Shown here piece by piece: positions 1 through 10,227 of a DNA stretch of 64,000 bases. A program made the translations under genes and the position numbers. The first letter of the stretch is position 1. Every line of letters starts with the position of its first letter. The stretch spans positions 8,943 to 72,942 of the IMG/VR virus record IMGVR_UViG_3300008113_000033. One strand, written 5' to 3'. The notes under the pieces were generated by a model. It was not told the DNA's origin, did not search any database, and saw only the letters and a list, made by a program, of their open reading frames with translations. This DNA comes from a virus.

Positions 1-1
1 G

Positions 2-43
2 GATGAGGCTGGTAATGTAACGTATTACACAAAAATTCGATAA
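2..43 (+). CDS. 3' end of an upstream gene (partial)
   Basis: Open frame DEAGNVTYYTKIR-TAA from the window edge, on the same strand as all other genes. Confidence 0.4.
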   Translation, partial: DEAGNVTYYTKIR

Positions 44-69
44 TTCATCCAATTATATATTCCCTTCCG

Positions 70-290
70 CACGGAGCCGCATGTCGCAAAAAGACGTGCG
101 GCTTCCCGTGTATCACAAAAAAATCGCGCTTATTAAAAAAATCTCAAAAGAGACGGTCGATAGCGGGTCGACCGCGACTCGTGCGCGGGTTGCTCCCACG
201 CTGGCCGCGGTCCCCGTATGGCGCGGGTAGGACCGCGTCTTAACCATACACACTCTCAACACGTATACAACTTTACACCCCGCGCCTCGT
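70..290. ncRNA. GC-rich multi-hairpin non-coding element (candidate structured RNA or origin)
   Basis: Stems 70-85/93-110, 154-160/168-174, 174-181/186-193 and 206-213/230-237, plus complementarity of 220-227 with 279-286; much more GC-rich than the flanks. Confidence 0.5.
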
Positions 291-333
291 ATATACAAAT
301 ATAACCAATAAGTCAAATAACGTTTCAACATTA

Positions 334-364
334 TAAACGTAATAAGGAAATCCTAAATTCCAAA
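334..364 (-). promoter_or_regulatory. Bacteroidetes-type promoter-like motif on the minus strand
   Basis: Minus strand reads TTTG-gaatttagga-TTTCC-ttat-TACGTTTA (19-nt spacer), the same layout as 1291-1321 and 25759-25789. Confidence 0.5.
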
Positions 365-491
365 ATAACCCTTTTGCATTAAAAACCCAAAATCCGAAAT
401 TTTAACCTCTATAAAATTTTTTGTAAGCCCAATTGTATATACGAAATGTCCTTACCATATTCCCCAGTTATAAAAAATAAATAAACATAAA

Positions 492-962
492 ATGGAAAAT
501 TTAACAGGTAAGGACACATCCGAATTTTACGAAATGAATTATGAACAAATACGAGATGACGTAAAGTCTGCTCGAGCGTATGATTTTGTTGAAACAGGAA
601 AAAACGCATGGAATGTGCGTTATTTTAGAAAAAAATATGGTACTAGAAAATCATCTTTTTCTACGGGTCATATCTATGTTTTACAAAATACATCAGTACC
701 CGGTATCTTTAAAATCGGATTTACTGAGCGTTCGGTTGCCGAACGTTTAAATGAAATCAATAAATCCACCGGTGTTATTACTCCTTGGCAAATAAGAGAT
801 TTTTGGTTTACCCAGGAACCATATTTAGCGGAACAAGAAATTCACAGACGTTTAAAAGATTTTAGAGTGGAAAATAATCGCGAAGGTTTTGCGATTTCTT
901 TTGATGTTGCGCGTAACGTGATTTTTGAAGTTTTAGGCATACCTAACGAGGATCTCACGTAA
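492..962 (+). CDS. T5orf172-like (GIY-YIG superfamily) DNA-binding/nuclease protein
   Basis: GHIYVLQN..PGIFKIGFT.R...RL.E.N.STGV..P..........AEQEIH..L......NREGF pattern. Confidence 0.8.
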   Translation: MENLTGKDTSEFYEMNYEQIRDDVKSARAYDFVETGKNAWNVRYFRKKYGTRKSSFSTGHIYVLQNTSVPGIFKIGFTERSVAERLNEINKSTGVITPWQIRDFWFTQEPYLAEQEIHRRLKDFRVENNREGFAISFDVARNVIFEVLGIPNEDLT

Positions 963-1005
963 ATTATCAATTTATATATTTATTGTAAACAAATAAAATT
1001 TTAAT

Positions 1006-1290
1006 ATGGCAACATATCTATTTAAAGATGCTAATAAAGCAGCTTTTGTAAACGGTGTAAATACATTATTTAAAGATAATGGTTTGGACCGTGAAATTTC
1101 TTCAACTGATTTATTAGATGCAATGCCTGGAAAGGTAAATTTTACATTTTTTATTACTGATGACCCACAAGAGGACGATATTTTAAAAAATGCTGAGAAA
1201 ATAAAATATTTTTCATTTCCATTTAGAGCAATTGATTTGCAAGAAATGATTAAGGAATCCAAAAAGTTTGCAAAAAAATCCAAGAAATAA
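1006..1290 (+). CDS. hypothetical protein
   Basis: 94-aa ORF preceded by ATATTTAT at 976-983. Confidence 0.75.
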   Translation: MATYLFKDANKAAFVNGVNTLFKDNGLDREISSTDLLDAMPGKVNFTFFITDDPQEDDILKNAEKIKYFSFPFRAIDLQEMIKESKKFAKKSKK

Positions 1291-1321
1291 TTTGGAGTTG
1301 AGAATTTCCCACGTATATTTA
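1291..1321 (+). promoter_or_regulatory. Bacteroidetes-type (-33/-7) promoter-like motif
   Basis: TTTG-gagttgagaa-TTTCC-cacg-TATATTTA; resembles the Bacteroidetes TTTG-N19-21-TAnnTTTG consensus. Confidence 0.55.
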
Positions 1322-1428
1322 AATGTTGGGATGGTTTGAAACCCAAACGATTGGAAAATAAGCGCGAAATGTGTAAACGTTTGCAAACATCACACCAAAC
1401 GCGTATATACGTATAAATGTATTAAATT

Positions 1429-1620
1429 ATGAGATATAAGGATCAAGTCTTAAATAAAATAAATCAATTAGAAAATCTAAACCGTACGTTGGATTTTCAA
1501 CTTTCACGAGGTGAAGGTTTTAATGAATTGATGCAAACATTAAGTGATATGAAAGAAAAAATTGAGGATTTACGCTCAACTGTTTCTTTAGAACACGACG
1601 AGTTTTCCACGTACATTTAA
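1429..1620 (+). CDS. small coiled-coil hypothetical protein
   Basis: 63-aa helical ORF in line with its neighbours. Confidence 0.7.
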   Translation: MRYKDQVLNKINQLENLNRTLDFQLSRGEGFNELMQTLSDMKEKIEDLRSTVSLEHDEFSTYI

Positions 1621-1635
1621 AATAAAAAATAGGTT

Positions 1636-2397
1636 ATGTTAAATGAAGAGCAATTGCTAGAAAACTGGCAACAATTTTTAGGTTATATTGAACAATATGT
1701 TACTGGTGATCGCCAAAAACGGTTAATTGATTTTTATAATAAGTATGAAGAGCGCTTTATATTATTACCTGCATCACATAAACCGCAATACCACAATTGT
1801 TTCCCTGGAGGATATGTTGAGCATGTTAACCGCGTGGTATCAGCTAGTTTGGATATAGATTCAATTTGGAGGAAATTTGATGTTAAACCTACATATACTA
1901 CTGAAGAGGTAGTATTTTCTGCTTTAAATCATGATTTGGGTAAATTCGGTACATTAGAACATGAAGCTGTTTTACCTAATCCGTCTGAATGGCATGTTAA
2001 GAATAGAGGTGAAATTTATACTTTTAACACTCAAATGGATTATATGACCGTTCCAGATCGTGGTTTATGGTTATTATCTCAAATTGGGGTTGAAGTTTCT
2101 AAAAATGAATGGTTAGCTATTAAATTACATGATGGTTTATATGATGACGCAAATAAACCTTATTTAATGTCATGGTCTCCAGAAACTAAATTACGTACAT
2201 CATTACCGTTTATTATTCATCAGGCTGATTTGTTGGCTGCTCGTATTGAATTCGAACGCGAATGGTTAGATAAATTAAATGGAACTCCGGTTGAACAACC
2301 AAAACAAACGGTTTCTCAACCAAATAAAAAACCAGTTCAAATAACAGTTCCAGAAAATTCAAATTTAAAAGATATTATGAATACATTTTTTGATTAA
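1636..2397 (+). CDS. HD-domain phosphohydrolase (YhaM-like HD domain)
   Basis: H..FPGGYVEHV.RV, NHDLGK, KLHDG and QAD metal-binding motifs. Confidence 0.85.
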   Translation: MLNEEQLLENWQQFLGYIEQYVTGDRQKRLIDFYNKYEERFILLPASHKPQYHNCFPGGYVEHVNRVVSASLDIDSIWRKFDVKPTYTTEEVVFSALNHDLGKFGTLEHEAVLPNPSEWHVKNRGEIYTFNTQMDYMTVPDRGLWLLSQIGVEVSKNEWLAIKLHDGLYDDANKPYLMSWSPETKLRTSLPFIIHQADLLAARIEFEREWLDKLNGTPVEQPKQTVSQPNKKPVQITVPENSNLKDIMNTFFD

Positions 2398-2674
2398 TAT
2401 GGAAATTATATTATATACTTTAATTACATTGGTTATAGCAGTATCATATGCGTGTTATAATCTATTCTCAAAAACAGAACAGTTAGAAAAAATTGTTGAT
2501 CAACAAAATCAATATATTACTAATATTTCTGAACTTATAGAATTATCAAATAAAAAAATAGGGGAGTCTGAAGTCGCGCAAGCATTTAAAGCAGATGATG
2601 ATATTGGTTTTTTCTTTGAGACATTACAAGAAATTCAAACTCAATTGAATTCTTTTAAAACTCGAAATAATTAA
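2390..2674 (+). CDS. membrane-anchored coiled-coil hypothetical protein
   Basis: N-terminal hydrophobic helix (IILYTLITLVIAVSYACY) followed by a coiled coil. Confidence 0.7.
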   Translation: MINMEIILYTLITLVIAVSYACYNLFSKTEQLEKIVDQQNQYITNISELIELSNKKIGESEVAQAFKADDDIGFFFETLQEIQTQLNSFKTRNN

Positions 2675-2675
2675 T

Positions 2676-3431
2676 ATGGATTTAATATCCCCTCCAGAAG
2701 AAGAGGTACTTTTAACTAAAAAAGGAACAATACGTAAACGTAAACCTAAAAAATCAATTTTATATTTCACTTCAGATACTGAAGAAGCAATTATAGAATA
2801 TTTAGCCTCTAAAGATCAAGATAATCGTAATCATATATTCGATCAACGAATAGATTATGCATTTCATAAATTAGCAGAAAATATCATCCATACATTTAAG
2901 TTTTATTATACTGATGTTGATACTATTAATGAGTTAAAACATGAGGTAGTAGCTTTTCTTTTAGAGAAACTTCATTTATATGATCAATCTAAAGGTAAAG
3001 CATATTCTTATTTTGGTACTATTGCTAAACGTTATTTAATTATTTATAATGAAAAAAATTATAAAAAAATTAAAGGTAAAGGTACTTTAGAAGAAGTAGA
3101 TGAGGATAAAATAATAGTTGAAGATTTAGTTCGTGAATCAAATAATGATGCCGATTTAAATGATTTTATTTCATATTTTGTTCGTTATATGGATACATAT
3201 CTTGAAAAATATTTTCCAAGAACCCAAGATCAAAAAACAGCAGATGTGATTTTAGAATTATTTCGTAAACGTGAAAATTTAGAAATATTCAATAAAAAAG
3301 CCATCTACATTTACATTCGTGAAATGATAGATGTTGATACTTTTCAAATAACTAAAGTAATAAAAGTACTAAAAAAGGTATATTATAATTTATATAATGA
3401 ATATTACGAAACAGGATTTGTAAAAATCTAA
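2676..3431 (+). CDS. phage RNA polymerase sigma factor (T4 gp55-like, probably late)
   Basis: Sigma region-2-like KLAENII..F.FY...ELKHEVV.FLLEKL..YD.SKGKAYSYFGTIAKRYLI; lies directly before the structural genes. Confidence 0.7.
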   Translation: MDLISPPEEEVLLTKKGTIRKRKPKKSILYFTSDTEEAIIEYLASKDQDNRNHIFDQRIDYAFHKLAENIIHTFKFYYTDVDTINELKHEVVAFLLEKLHLYDQSKGKAYSYFGTIAKRYLIIYNEKNYKKIKGKGTLEEVDEDKIIVEDLVRESNNDADLNDFISYFVRYMDTYLEKYFPRTQDQKTADVILELFRKRENLEIFNKKAIYIYIREMIDVDTFQITKVIKVLKKVYYNLYNEYYETGFVKI

Positions 3432-3460
3432 AAAAATATATTTATAATAAAATAAATATT

Positions 3461-3823
3461 ATGGATTTTGAACAAAAAATATTTGGAAATAAATCGTTTT
3501 CCGATCTTTTAAAAAATATATACGATAATTCTCGAGAAAAGGAAAAACAAATAAAAGATTTAATTACAAGTCTTAAACCTTTAGTAGCCGATACTCAATC
3601 GGCTTTAATGGTTGTTCCATTAATTAAAGAATATCTTGATGTATCTGTTAAAAATGATGATTCATTAATTAAAATGGCGGGAATTGTCCAACGTGCTATG
3701 AATAATAGTGGGGGTAATGGAGATGGGGATTTTTTAAGTGAATCTGAATTAGAACAATTAAGAGGTGAAGTACAAAAAATTAGTGAAGAAGTAGTTAAAC
3801 CCATAGAAAATAATGTCGACTAG
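3461..3823 (+). CDS. hypothetical protein
   Basis: 120-aa helical ORF after ATATTTAT at 3438-3445. Confidence 0.75.
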   Translation: MDFEQKIFGNKSFSDLLKNIYDNSREKEKQIKDLITSLKPLVADTQSALMVVPLIKEYLDVSVKNDDSLIKMAGIVQRAMNNSGGNGDGDFLSESELEQLRGEVQKISEEVVKPIENNVD

Positions 3824-4994
3824 AACTACTAGATATAGTATTGGAGGTTCTTTAACTTCACAATTATCCAATAATAAAATATCTCCTAATTCCCCATTTA
3901 AGATAGGAAAAGTGATGGGTATTATTATGGATGAAAATACTCCTAGTAATGAATTATTTTATCGTGATGGAGGATGGGGAGGAATAGGTACTATATATTA
4001 TATTAATTACCCAACTAATAAAAATACATCTAATACTAATTTAGCAAAATTAAATACTGCTATTCCTTTTTTACCTAACCAAAAATATCTTCCATTAAAA
4101 GGAGAGTTAGTTTTATTATTTGATCTTCCTTCTCCTGAAACTCAAGATAATTCTAGAAAAACTCAAAAATATTATCTAAGTGTTTTAAATTTATGGAATA
4201 ATAACCAACATAATGCTCAACTTATTAATGATGAAACTTTAGGTAAAACGTTTACTGAGAATTCAAATATAAAATCATTGTTACCTTTTGAAGGAGATAG
4301 TATATTTGAAGGAAGAGTAGGTAATTCTTTAAGATTTACAAGTACAACAAAATTTAATAATAAAGAAAATTTTTGGAGTTTAACAGGAACTAATGGAGAT
4401 CCTATTACTTTATTAACTAATGGACATAATTTTAATTCGGGTTCATTAAAACCATATGTTGAAGATGTAAATAATGATAATTCATCATTATATCTTACTT
4501 CAACACAAAAAGTCCCAATTGAAACTAGAATTTTTTCTTATAATCTTTTATTTAATCCTATTAAACCTGATTCTTATTTTAATTCTTCTCAAGCTATATT
4601 ATCTGGTGATAGAATTGTATTAAATGCTAAAAAGGATGAAGTATTAATTTATGGAAAAGGAGTAGGTTTATCTTCAACTAATACTATTTATTTAAATTCT
4701 GATGTTGATATTATCTTAGACGCACCTAAAATTAATTTAGGATTAACCCCTGAAGGAGCAGCTGCTATCGAACCTATATTATTAGGTACTCAAACAATTA
4801 GTATGTTATCATCTTTAATAAAAGAATTAAAATCCTTTTGTACTTCTTTAAAAACAGTAGAAACGACTCCTGTTGGTACCCCATTAACAGATATTACATT
4901 AGCTGCTAAATCATTATATACAGGTTTAGAAGATATAACTACAATTACTGATAATTTAAATAAATTAAAATCTACTAAATCTTATACAGCATAA
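3813..4994 (+). CDS. baseplate hub/spike protein (gp5/gpV-like)
   Basis: OB-fold-like N-terminus (AIPF..PLKGELV), EGDSIFEGRVGNSLRF, beta-helix-like ILSGDRIVLNAK..INLG..EPILLG; lies upstream of the gp25-like gene. Confidence 0.65.
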   Translation: MSTRTTRYSIGGSLTSQLSNNKISPNSPFKIGKVMGIIMDENTPSNELFYRDGGWGGIGTIYYINYPTNKNTSNTNLAKLNTAIPFLPNQKYLPLKGELVLLFDLPSPETQDNSRKTQKYYLSVLNLWNNNQHNAQLINDETLGKTFTENSNIKSLLPFEGDSIFEGRVGNSLRFTSTTKFNNKENFWSLTGTNGDPITLLTNGHNFNSGSLKPYVEDVNNDNSSLYLTSTQKVPIETRIFSYNLLFNPIKPDSYFNSSQAILSGDRIVLNAKKDEVLIYGKGVGLSSTNTIYLNSDVDIILDAPKINLGLTPEGAAAIEPILLGTQTISMLSSLIKELKSFCTSLKTVETTPVGTPLTDITLAAKSLYTGLEDITTITDNLNKLKSTKSYTA

Positions 4995-6265
4995 TGATCA
5001 CTACAGAAGATATATCTAGCGTAGCAGAATTAGGAAAAGGTAATATAGCTAAAAATGCTAAAAATTTCTTAAAGGGTAAAGCTGAAGCTTTTATTGAAGC
5101 TAAAAAACAATCTTTTGAAAAATTAAAAACTGAAATTGAAGATTTAGGTAAACAATTAGAACAATCTGCTAAAGATTATGAAGAAAAAATAAAATCATTT
5201 GGTAATGTATCAACTGGAGCTGTGATTGCTGCTGGAGTTACTACTGCTACTGTTGCTGCTACTACTATTAGAAATAATAATACCGATGATGTTAATCAAC
5301 AAGAAGAGAACCAAATTAAAAAATCATTTGAGGCTGAACAAAAAGCTATTCAAGATAATATTACATCAAAAAAAACAGAATTAGAAAATAAATTAAAAGG
5401 TTATTTACCTCAAGAATTACAGGAAGTTGAAGCGGTTCTTAAATCATCACAAGATACTATAGAAGCAAAACGAAATGATATTAGAAATGGAAATAAAATT
5501 AAAATTTCTTCATCTAGTGTTATTACTGTTGTTGGTGTTTTAGCTGACTATTTATTAGGTACTGTATCTATAGGTAATAAAAAAATAGAAAATTTAGTAG
5601 ATAAAGTAAATTTATTTATAAAAAATATAAAAACAGAAAAAGATATTCAAAAAGCTAAATTATATGTTAATAGAGCTAAACTAATAATAAATACAAATAG
5701 ACAAAGATTAGAAACAATTCAAACTATATTATCAATACTTGAAATATTAGTTCCATTATTAGATGTTATATTAGGCTTATTTAAATCTAATCCTATCCCT
5801 TCAGCTGTTCCCCCAGGAGTTGGTGTTCCTTTAGGTACTATTAATACTATAGATTCAAAGACTAAAACATTAGATGATATAAAACTTGCTGCTTCAATAT
5901 TATTACGTATATCCAATAAAATAGTTTCTAAATTATTAGATGATTTAAATTATCAAGAAAGTAGATTATTACCTATAGAAGGATTATTAGATTCAGGTTT
6001 AAATAATTTAACCGCTAATCAAATCCAAAATTTAGGACCTCAATTAGGATATCTACAAGGATATGATTATAAAGGATTTAAATTTTTTATTAAAGAAGAA
6101 AGTGATCTTAAATTTGTTGTTAAAGGAAATAAACGTAAATATGCAACAGCCGTTAATAGAGATGGAAATGATATTTTAAAAAGTACATCTTCATTTACTT
6201 TATCTCCTGATGTATTAATTGAAGAATTAAAATTACAAATAGACCGAAAGGGTCTCGTAGCTTAA
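4994..6265 (+). CDS. helical hypothetical protein in the baseplate region
   Basis: 423-aa ORF with TAATG coupling; coiled coil plus a hydrophobic PIPSAVPPGVGVP segment. Confidence 0.7.
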   Translation: MITTEDISSVAELGKGNIAKNAKNFLKGKAEAFIEAKKQSFEKLKTEIEDLGKQLEQSAKDYEEKIKSFGNVSTGAVIAAGVTTATVAATTIRNNNTDDVNQQEENQIKKSFEAEQKAIQDNITSKKTELENKLKGYLPQELQEVEAVLKSSQDTIEAKRNDIRNGNKIKISSSSVITVVGVLADYLLGTVSIGNKKIENLVDKVNLFIKNIKTEKDIQKAKLYVNRAKLIINTNRQRLETIQTILSILEILVPLLDVILGLFKSNPIPSAVPPGVGVPLGTINTIDSKTKTLDDIKLAASILLRISNKIVSKLLDDLNYQESRLLPIEGLLDSGLNNLTANQIQNLGPQLGYLQGYDYKGFKFFIKEESDLKFVVKGNKRKYATAVNRDGNDILKSTSSFTLSPDVLIEELKLQIDRKGLVA

Positions 6266-6276
6266 TATTTATAATC

Positions 6277-6585
6277 ATGAAAGTAGACGTATTTAAAAAA
6301 CTTATTAAAGAAGCTGTGCGTGAAGTTCTAAGAGAAGAATTATCACAGGTTAAACCTCCTCCAGTACAAGAAAATAAAACAATGAGTTTTACAACTCAAG
6401 ATATTGACATGGTAGCATATAGACAAAATCTAGCATCTTCTATGGGATTATCAACACCACCCCAACCATCTTATTCAAAACCCCAAATTCAATCTACAGG
6501 AAACCCATATTTAGATATTATATCTGAAACTGCAGCTAGTATGACTCCTCAAGATATAGCAGCAATGAGACAATATAACGAATAA
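6277..6585 (+). CDS. hypothetical protein with KKLIKEAVREVLREE leader
   Basis: 102-aa ORF; N-terminal amphipathic helix resembles that of other small proteins in the window. Confidence 0.75.
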   Translation: MKVDVFKKLIKEAVREVLREELSQVKPPPVQENKTMSFTTQDIDMVAYRQNLASSMGLSTPPQPSYSKPQIQSTGNPYLDIISETAASMTPQDIAAMRQYNE

Positions 6586-6587
6586 CT

Positions 6588-6998
6588 ATGCCTATACCTC
6601 AAGTAGTAAGAATAGATCCTAGAGATTTAGATAAAAATAGAGCAATAGGGATTAGTATTCCTTTTAATGCTGGAGGTGTATTTAATCAAACATATTCAAC
6701 CAAAGATCAAATAAAATCAAATTTAATTAATCTTTTACTAACTTATAAAGGAGAAAGAATTGAAAATCCTGAATTTGGAGCTGATTTATCTCGATTATTA
6801 TTTGAGCCTTTAACTGAAGATTTATATCCAAGAATACAAAATCAAATAATTTCAAGTGTAAATATGTATATTCCTGAAATTACACTTTTAGATATTGAAA
6901 TAACCCCAAATATTGATTATAACATAGTTAGTATTAATGTAAGTTATAGATTAAATATTTCAGGACAACAAGATAATATTATAATTGAATTACAATAA
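6588..6998 (+). CDS. baseplate wedge protein, gp25/GPW-like
   Basis: QIKSNLINLLLT.KGER..NPEFGADL.RLLFEP motif. Confidence 0.9.
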   Translation: MPIPQVVRIDPRDLDKNRAIGISIPFNAGGVFNQTYSTKDQIKSNLINLLLTYKGERIENPEFGADLSRLLFEPLTEDLYPRIQNQIISSVNMYIPEITLLDIEITPNIDYNIVSINVSYRLNISGQQDNIIIELQ

Positions 6999-8815
6999 TG
7001 GCTGAGGATAAACAAATAAAATATATAAATAAAACTTTTAGTGATTTTAAATCATCACTTCAAGAATTTGCTAAAACATATTTTTCAGACAATTACAATG
7101 ATTTTTCAGATGCTTCTCCGGGCAGTATGTTTATTGAAATGGCATCATATGTTGGTGATGTTTCGTCATTTTATATTGATTCTCAAATTCAAGAAAATTT
7201 TTTAAATTTAGCTAAAGAAAAAGAAAGTTTATATAATTTAGCTTATTCATTTGGTTATCGTCCTAAAATATCATATGCTTCTACTACTACTTTAGATGTA
7301 TATCAATTAATCCCAACAATATTAGATGGAGGAAATGTTAAACCTGATTTTACTTATTCTCTTTTAATAGCTGAAAATACTATTATAAATAGTAATTTAA
7401 ATAATCAGAAATTTCTTACTACATCCCCCATAGATTTTTCAGATACCGCATCTGCAACTATAAATTACGTTGATGATAATTATTTTTTAGTAAAAAAGCA
7501 AGTAGATGTAATCTCAGCAGAAATTAAAACTAGTACTTTTTCATTTACTTCCCCTAAAAAATTTGATTCTATTACTATTAATGATACTAATATTCTTCAA
7601 ATTTTAGAAGTTAAAGATAGTGATAATAATTTATGGTATGAAGTTCCATATTTAGCTCAAGATTTAATTCCTTTATCTACAGTAAACCCTATTTCAGGAA
7701 GTGATGGAATTAATTATTTATTAAATTTCCAACGTGTGCCTCGTCGTTTTGTTACACGAATAAAACCAAATGATACATTAGAGTTACAATTTGGAGCAGG
7801 TATATCTACTAATAATACTGATACTACTATATTACCTACCCCAGAAAATATTGATTTAGGATTAATACCAAGTGTGTCAACTAATATAGACGATTATAAT
7901 AAAGCATCAATATTTTATACTAAAGCATATGGTTTAGTACCTCAAAATACTACATTAACTATAAAATATTTAGTTGGAGGAGGTTTAAATTCAAATACCC
8001 CGGCTAATTCATTAACAAGTATTAATAATTCTTCTATATCTTTTAAATACAATGGATTAATTAATAGTGCTATTACAGGAAGTATTTTAAATAGTGTAGT
8101 TTGTAATAATGAATCTGCTTCATCCGGTGGTCGAGGAGCTGATACTATTGAAGAAATTCGCTTAAATGCATTAAATGCTTATTCTTCTCAAAATAGAACT
8201 GTAACTAAAGAAGATTATATTATGCGCGCATTAAGTATGCCTTCTAAATATGGTACTGTATCAAAAGCATATTTAACCCAAGAAACATATAACTCATTAG
8301 GTAACTTATTAGATAAAAATCCATTAAGTTTAGATTTATATGTACTAGGATATAATTCAGATAAAACATTAACATCAGCTAACCCAACATTAAAATCTAA
8401 TTTAAAAAAATATCTTAATCAGTATCGTATGATTACTGATGCTATTAATATTAAAAATGCATTTTATATTAATTTAGGAGTTAACTTTGAAATTAATTCT
8501 GATCCAAGTTATAATAATAATGAATTATTATCTACGTGCATTTCTCAATTAAAAAATTATTTTAATATAGACGCATGGCAAATAAATCAACCTATTATTT
8601 TGGCCGAAATCAATGCGCTTTTACTCAAGATACCTGGCGTTAGATCAGTAGCTAAAGTTGAAGTAATAAATAAACAAGGAGGAGGATATTCTCAGTATGG
8701 ATATGATATCCATGCTGCAACTAGGAATGGTATTTTATATCCATCAATAGATCCTAGCATATTTGAAATTCGTTATCCTGATCTTGATATAAATGGTAGA
8801 ATAATCACATATTAA
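6998..8815 (+). CDS. baseplate wedge protein, T4 gp6/baseplate J-like
   Basis: DFSDASPGSMFIEMASYVGDV.SFY.D; LQFGAG; GG.GADTIEEIR.NA...Y.SQNRTVTKEDY. Confidence 0.9.
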   Translation: MAEDKQIKYINKTFSDFKSSLQEFAKTYFSDNYNDFSDASPGSMFIEMASYVGDVSSFYIDSQIQENFLNLAKEKESLYNLAYSFGYRPKISYASTTTLDVYQLIPTILDGGNVKPDFTYSLLIAENTIINSNLNNQKFLTTSPIDFSDTASATINYVDDNYFLVKKQVDVISAEIKTSTFSFTSPKKFDSITINDTNILQILEVKDSDNNLWYEVPYLAQDLIPLSTVNPISGSDGINYLLNFQRVPRRFVTRIKPNDTLELQFGAGISTNNTDTTILPTPENIDLGLIPSVSTNIDDYNKASIFYTKAYGLVPQNTTLTIKYLVGGGLNSNTPANSLTSINNSSISFKYNGLINSAITGSILNSVVCNNESASSGGRGADTIEEIRLNALNAYSSQNRTVTKEDYIMRALSMPSKYGTVSKAYLTQETYNSLGNLLDKNPLSLDLYVLGYNSDKTLTSANPTLKSNLKKYLNQYRMITDAINIKNAFYINLGVNFEINSDPSYNNNELLSTCISQLKNYFNIDAWQINQPIILAEINALLLKIPGVRSVAKVEVINKQGGGYSQYGYDIHAATRNGILYPSIDPSIFEIRYPDLDINGRIITY

Positions 8816-8818
8816 AAA

Positions 8819-9895
8819 ATGGCAGTATATAAAATATTTCCTAATAAGGACGCTTCAATATATTCATATTACCCTACAAAAAATGCAGGATTAGATGAAA
8901 TATTAGATATAAGTCTATATAAAACAATAGAAGAAACTGGAGAAGTTTCTAGAGCATTACTATCATTTTCTAATACTGAAATATCTGATTTATTAATTAA
9001 TAAAATAGGTTTAAGTAATTATAAAGCATATTTAAAATTGTATTTAGCTAATGCTTCTGAAATCCCTTTAGATTATACTATATATTGTCATCCAATATCT
9101 GGTTCTTGGAATATGGGTATTGGCCGTGCAGCTAATATTCCTTCTACTACAGAAGGAGTAAGTTGGAAATATAGAAATATATTAAGTGGAAGTATATTTA
9201 CATCATCCATATCTAATGCTACTAATGCTTATAATGGAAATAATATAGGGGGAGGAAGTTGGTATACTGGGAGTAATTTAATTTCAACTCAATCATTTAG
9301 TTATATTACTAATAAAGATATAGAATTAGATGTTACTAATGCTATTAGTTCTAGTTATTATCAAGATGGATTTATAATTAAACATTCTTCTTCTTTAGAA
9401 TTTTCTACTGGTTCATCATTTGAGACTAAATATTTCTCTTCAGATACCCATACTATTTATCCTCCGTGTTTAGAATTTAGATGGAATGACTTTACATATT
9501 CTACAGGTTCATTAACAACGATTCAATCCGATAATATTAATATTTCAATAACTAACAATAAAGGAGAATTTAAAGAAGATTCAGTAAATCGTTTTAGAGT
9601 AAATGTAAGAGATCGTTACCCAACTAGGACGTTTCAAACATCTTCATTATATTTAAATAATAAGATTTTACCAACATCTTCATATTATGCTGTAAAAGAT
9701 ATTAAAACTGAAGAAATTGTAATAGATTTTGATGCTACATTTACTAAACTATCTGCTGATTCATCTGGTAATTATTTTGATTTATATATGAATGGATTAC
9801 AGCCTGAACGATATTATTCTATTATAATTAAATCTATAATTGGCAAAAATATATCAATGTTTGAGGATAATAATTATTTTAAAATTATACAATAA
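8819..9895 (+). CDS. putative baseplate/virion structural protein
   Basis: 358-aa beta-rich ORF in the baseplate operon. Confidence 0.7.
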   Translation: MAVYKIFPNKDASIYSYYPTKNAGLDEILDISLYKTIEETGEVSRALLSFSNTEISDLLINKIGLSNYKAYLKLYLANASEIPLDYTIYCHPISGSWNMGIGRAANIPSTTEGVSWKYRNILSGSIFTSSISNATNAYNGNNIGGGSWYTGSNLISTQSFSYITNKDIELDVTNAISSSYYQDGFIIKHSSSLEFSTGSSFETKYFSSDTHTIYPPCLEFRWNDFTYSTGSLTTIQSDNINISITNNKGEFKEDSVNRFRVNVRDRYPTRTFQTSSLYLNNKILPTSSYYAVKDIKTEEIVIDFDATFTKLSADSSGNYFDLYMNGLQPERYYSIIIKSIIGKNISMFEDNNYFKIIQ

Positions 9896-10227
9896 TGCCT
9901 GAAGTTGTAAAATTAAATCAAAATATTTTTATTAAAGGAGATTTTGAAAAAGTAGTTGATACTGGATTTAGACAATTAATAAAAACAACCCCAGATACTA
10001 CTTTTACCTTAGATGATTTTTTTGAATTATATGAAAATTTATTTGAAAATATTCCTAAAGAAGGAGATTTAAAATCTCATAGATATATACTAAATAAAAC
10101 AGCAGAATATTTAGGAATAAACATAAATGAAAATATTGATATTCAAGCTTTATTGGATGAAATAACATCTTTAAGACAAGAATTATTAGATGCTAATAAG
10201 ACATTATTAGATTTAAATAAAAAATAA
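9895..10227 (+). CDS. hypothetical protein
   Basis: 110-aa ORF, TAATG-coupled at both ends, C-terminal coiled coil. Confidence 0.75.
   Translation: MPEVVKLNQNIFIKGDFEKVVDTGFRQLIKTTPDTTFTLDDFFELYENLFENIPKEGDLKSHRYILNKTAEYLGININENIDIQALLDEITSLRQELLDANKTLLDLNKK

Noticed and set aside
70-290. tRNA, tmRNA or HDV-like ribozyme identity for the GC island
   Set aside because: No cloverleaf with a T-loop and no nested double-pseudoknot core could be fitted by eye
113-331. 72-aa minus-strand ORF across the GC island
   Set aside because: Atypical composition, opposite to the strand of all other genes, and its start abuts the promoter-like motif; better explained as a chance ORF in GC-rich structured DNA
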